From Stegostoma tigrinum (Eukaryota), in assembly GCF_030684315.1 (NCBI RefSeq), contig NC_081396.1, positions 1,674,001 through 1,738,000 of the forward strand: a stretch of DNA of 64,000 nucleotides, given 5' to 3'. Under the pieces are notes generated by a model, which was given only the letters and a program-made list of their open reading frames with translations, was not told where the DNA came from and did not search any database. Positions within the stretch are counted from its first letter, which is position 1; every line of letters begins with the position of its first letter. Made by a program: the position numbers and the translations under genes. Positions 62,724 to 64,000 of this stretch are shown here, piece by piece.

Positions 62724-64000
62724 GTCAGAACGTAACAGAACATGTAAATGTGTCAGGCAACCAGTGAGATCAGAAATAGATCAAAATACATGATGGTATT
62801 CAATAATTTTACTAGAAAATATAGCTTTTTGTTATAAAAATGTCATTTAAATGAACAACTGTCAGTTTAATGAATGAAACATATCGTGTTTTTTTTTGTT
62901 TTTAAGGAGTCCCAAAGTCACGTATTTCACTTTGGCAGCAATGAGTTGGCATAGAAATGCAGCAAATAACTTTGGTCCAGCAAAATCCTCCAGTGAAACA
63001 GAGAATTTCAAAACTCAGTTCAAGAGGCAATGATTTGTCGTAGTTTTCTAATAATGAAACACTAGGACAACCTGAATAAAGTCAAACACAATGTGTTTCA
63101 TTGAGCAACTTATTTTCTTATATTTCCGCTTTTGTAACGAAAACATTGTTGTGCTGAACTTTTTTAAACCTATTGCTAACATTTCTACTAACATAAATAC
63201 GAATTTGTTTCGAGGTATTTTGTACTTTTGATGTTTCTGTATGTGGTGATAATGTACATTTTTGACTCTACTCTTCTGGCCCTGTACTAGTGTACGCCTG
63301 ACAATAAAACCTAAATTTAAATGCTAACAAGCCCAGGAGAGCTGGTGATAGATTCACTGCTCCCAGGTAATGGACACATGTTTTATAATATCAGTAAGAA
63401 AGCTAGTACTCACATTGAAAAATACTAAACAAGTGAAAAGATTCAGTTGTATATGATTACTGGATGACAGCTGGCAGTGAAAGTTTCAGTCACACGAATT
63501 TTGTGCTGATAGTAACAGAAACTCAGTCGCTTAGTTTTGGTCACAAGTTGAAAGAAACAAGATAGCAGTGACCAAATATTAAACTAAAGTGACACTAAGT
63601 AAGAATCATATTCATTCACCGTGAAAATAAATTGAAATTCCTGCAGACAATAACTTTTTTTTTCTTTTGCTGTATTATGGCCTTGATTGGAAAAGCAAGA
63701 AAATCCTCCCTCATTCTGTTGCCTCCTCTGATTGGATAAAATCTGTTAGCTTCTGGCTCTATCGAAACCGTATTTTATGCTTAGCTGCCCTATTGCCCTC
63801 TTTCTTTCATATTGATTCTGCATCATTCTTTGTATCAAGTTTAATTATTTTCATTATTTACCCTGGACAGTTTTTTTTCCCATGTTATACTCGGAAACCT
63901 ATATGGAAACAAGATGTATTATTGTTTGTAAACTTCCACAAATCAAATATTAGCCTAGATTTCAGTGTCAAGCTGGAATTATTTCTCCGTTTGTTATGGT

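Larger units (their letters stand above)
59997..63990 (+). repeat. Segmental duplication, copy B
   Basis: See copy A; runs essentially to the end of the window. Confidence 0.92.

Overview
Eukaryotic, AT-rich genomic DNA from a cartilaginous fish (shark; a carpet shark is plausible from the repeats, but that is inference). It looks like part of the T-cell receptor alpha/delta (TRA/TRD) V region. It contains: (i) three apparently intact conventional TCR V segments on the + strand (leader exon, intron, V exon, 23-bp-spacer RSS) at 29.2, 55.5 and 61.8 kb, plus several V pseudogenes; (ii) decayed NAR-TCR material: two minus-strand cassettes (NAR-like V, D, J, then a leaderless supporting V-delta) at 32.5-35.9 kb and 47.4-50.6 kb (no J found in the second), and an orphan + strand NAR-like V at 13.9 kb; (iii) a two-exon orphan class A GPCR of the GPR139/GPR142-like type, intact at 9.1-10.9 kb, with two pseudogene paralogs (21.5 and 43.3-45.5 kb) interleaved among the V and NAR-TCR segments; (iv) a ~4 kb duplication whose left edge falls exactly at an RSS heptamer; (v) many retroelements: a young CR1 LINE, a Gmr1-type Gypsy remnant, a Rex1-like fragment, SINEs, and TSD-flanked Penelope-derived palindromes carrying minimal hammerhead ribozymes. 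Most short ORFs in the supplied track are spurious. All calls come from reading the sequence and recalled family motifs; no database search was run.
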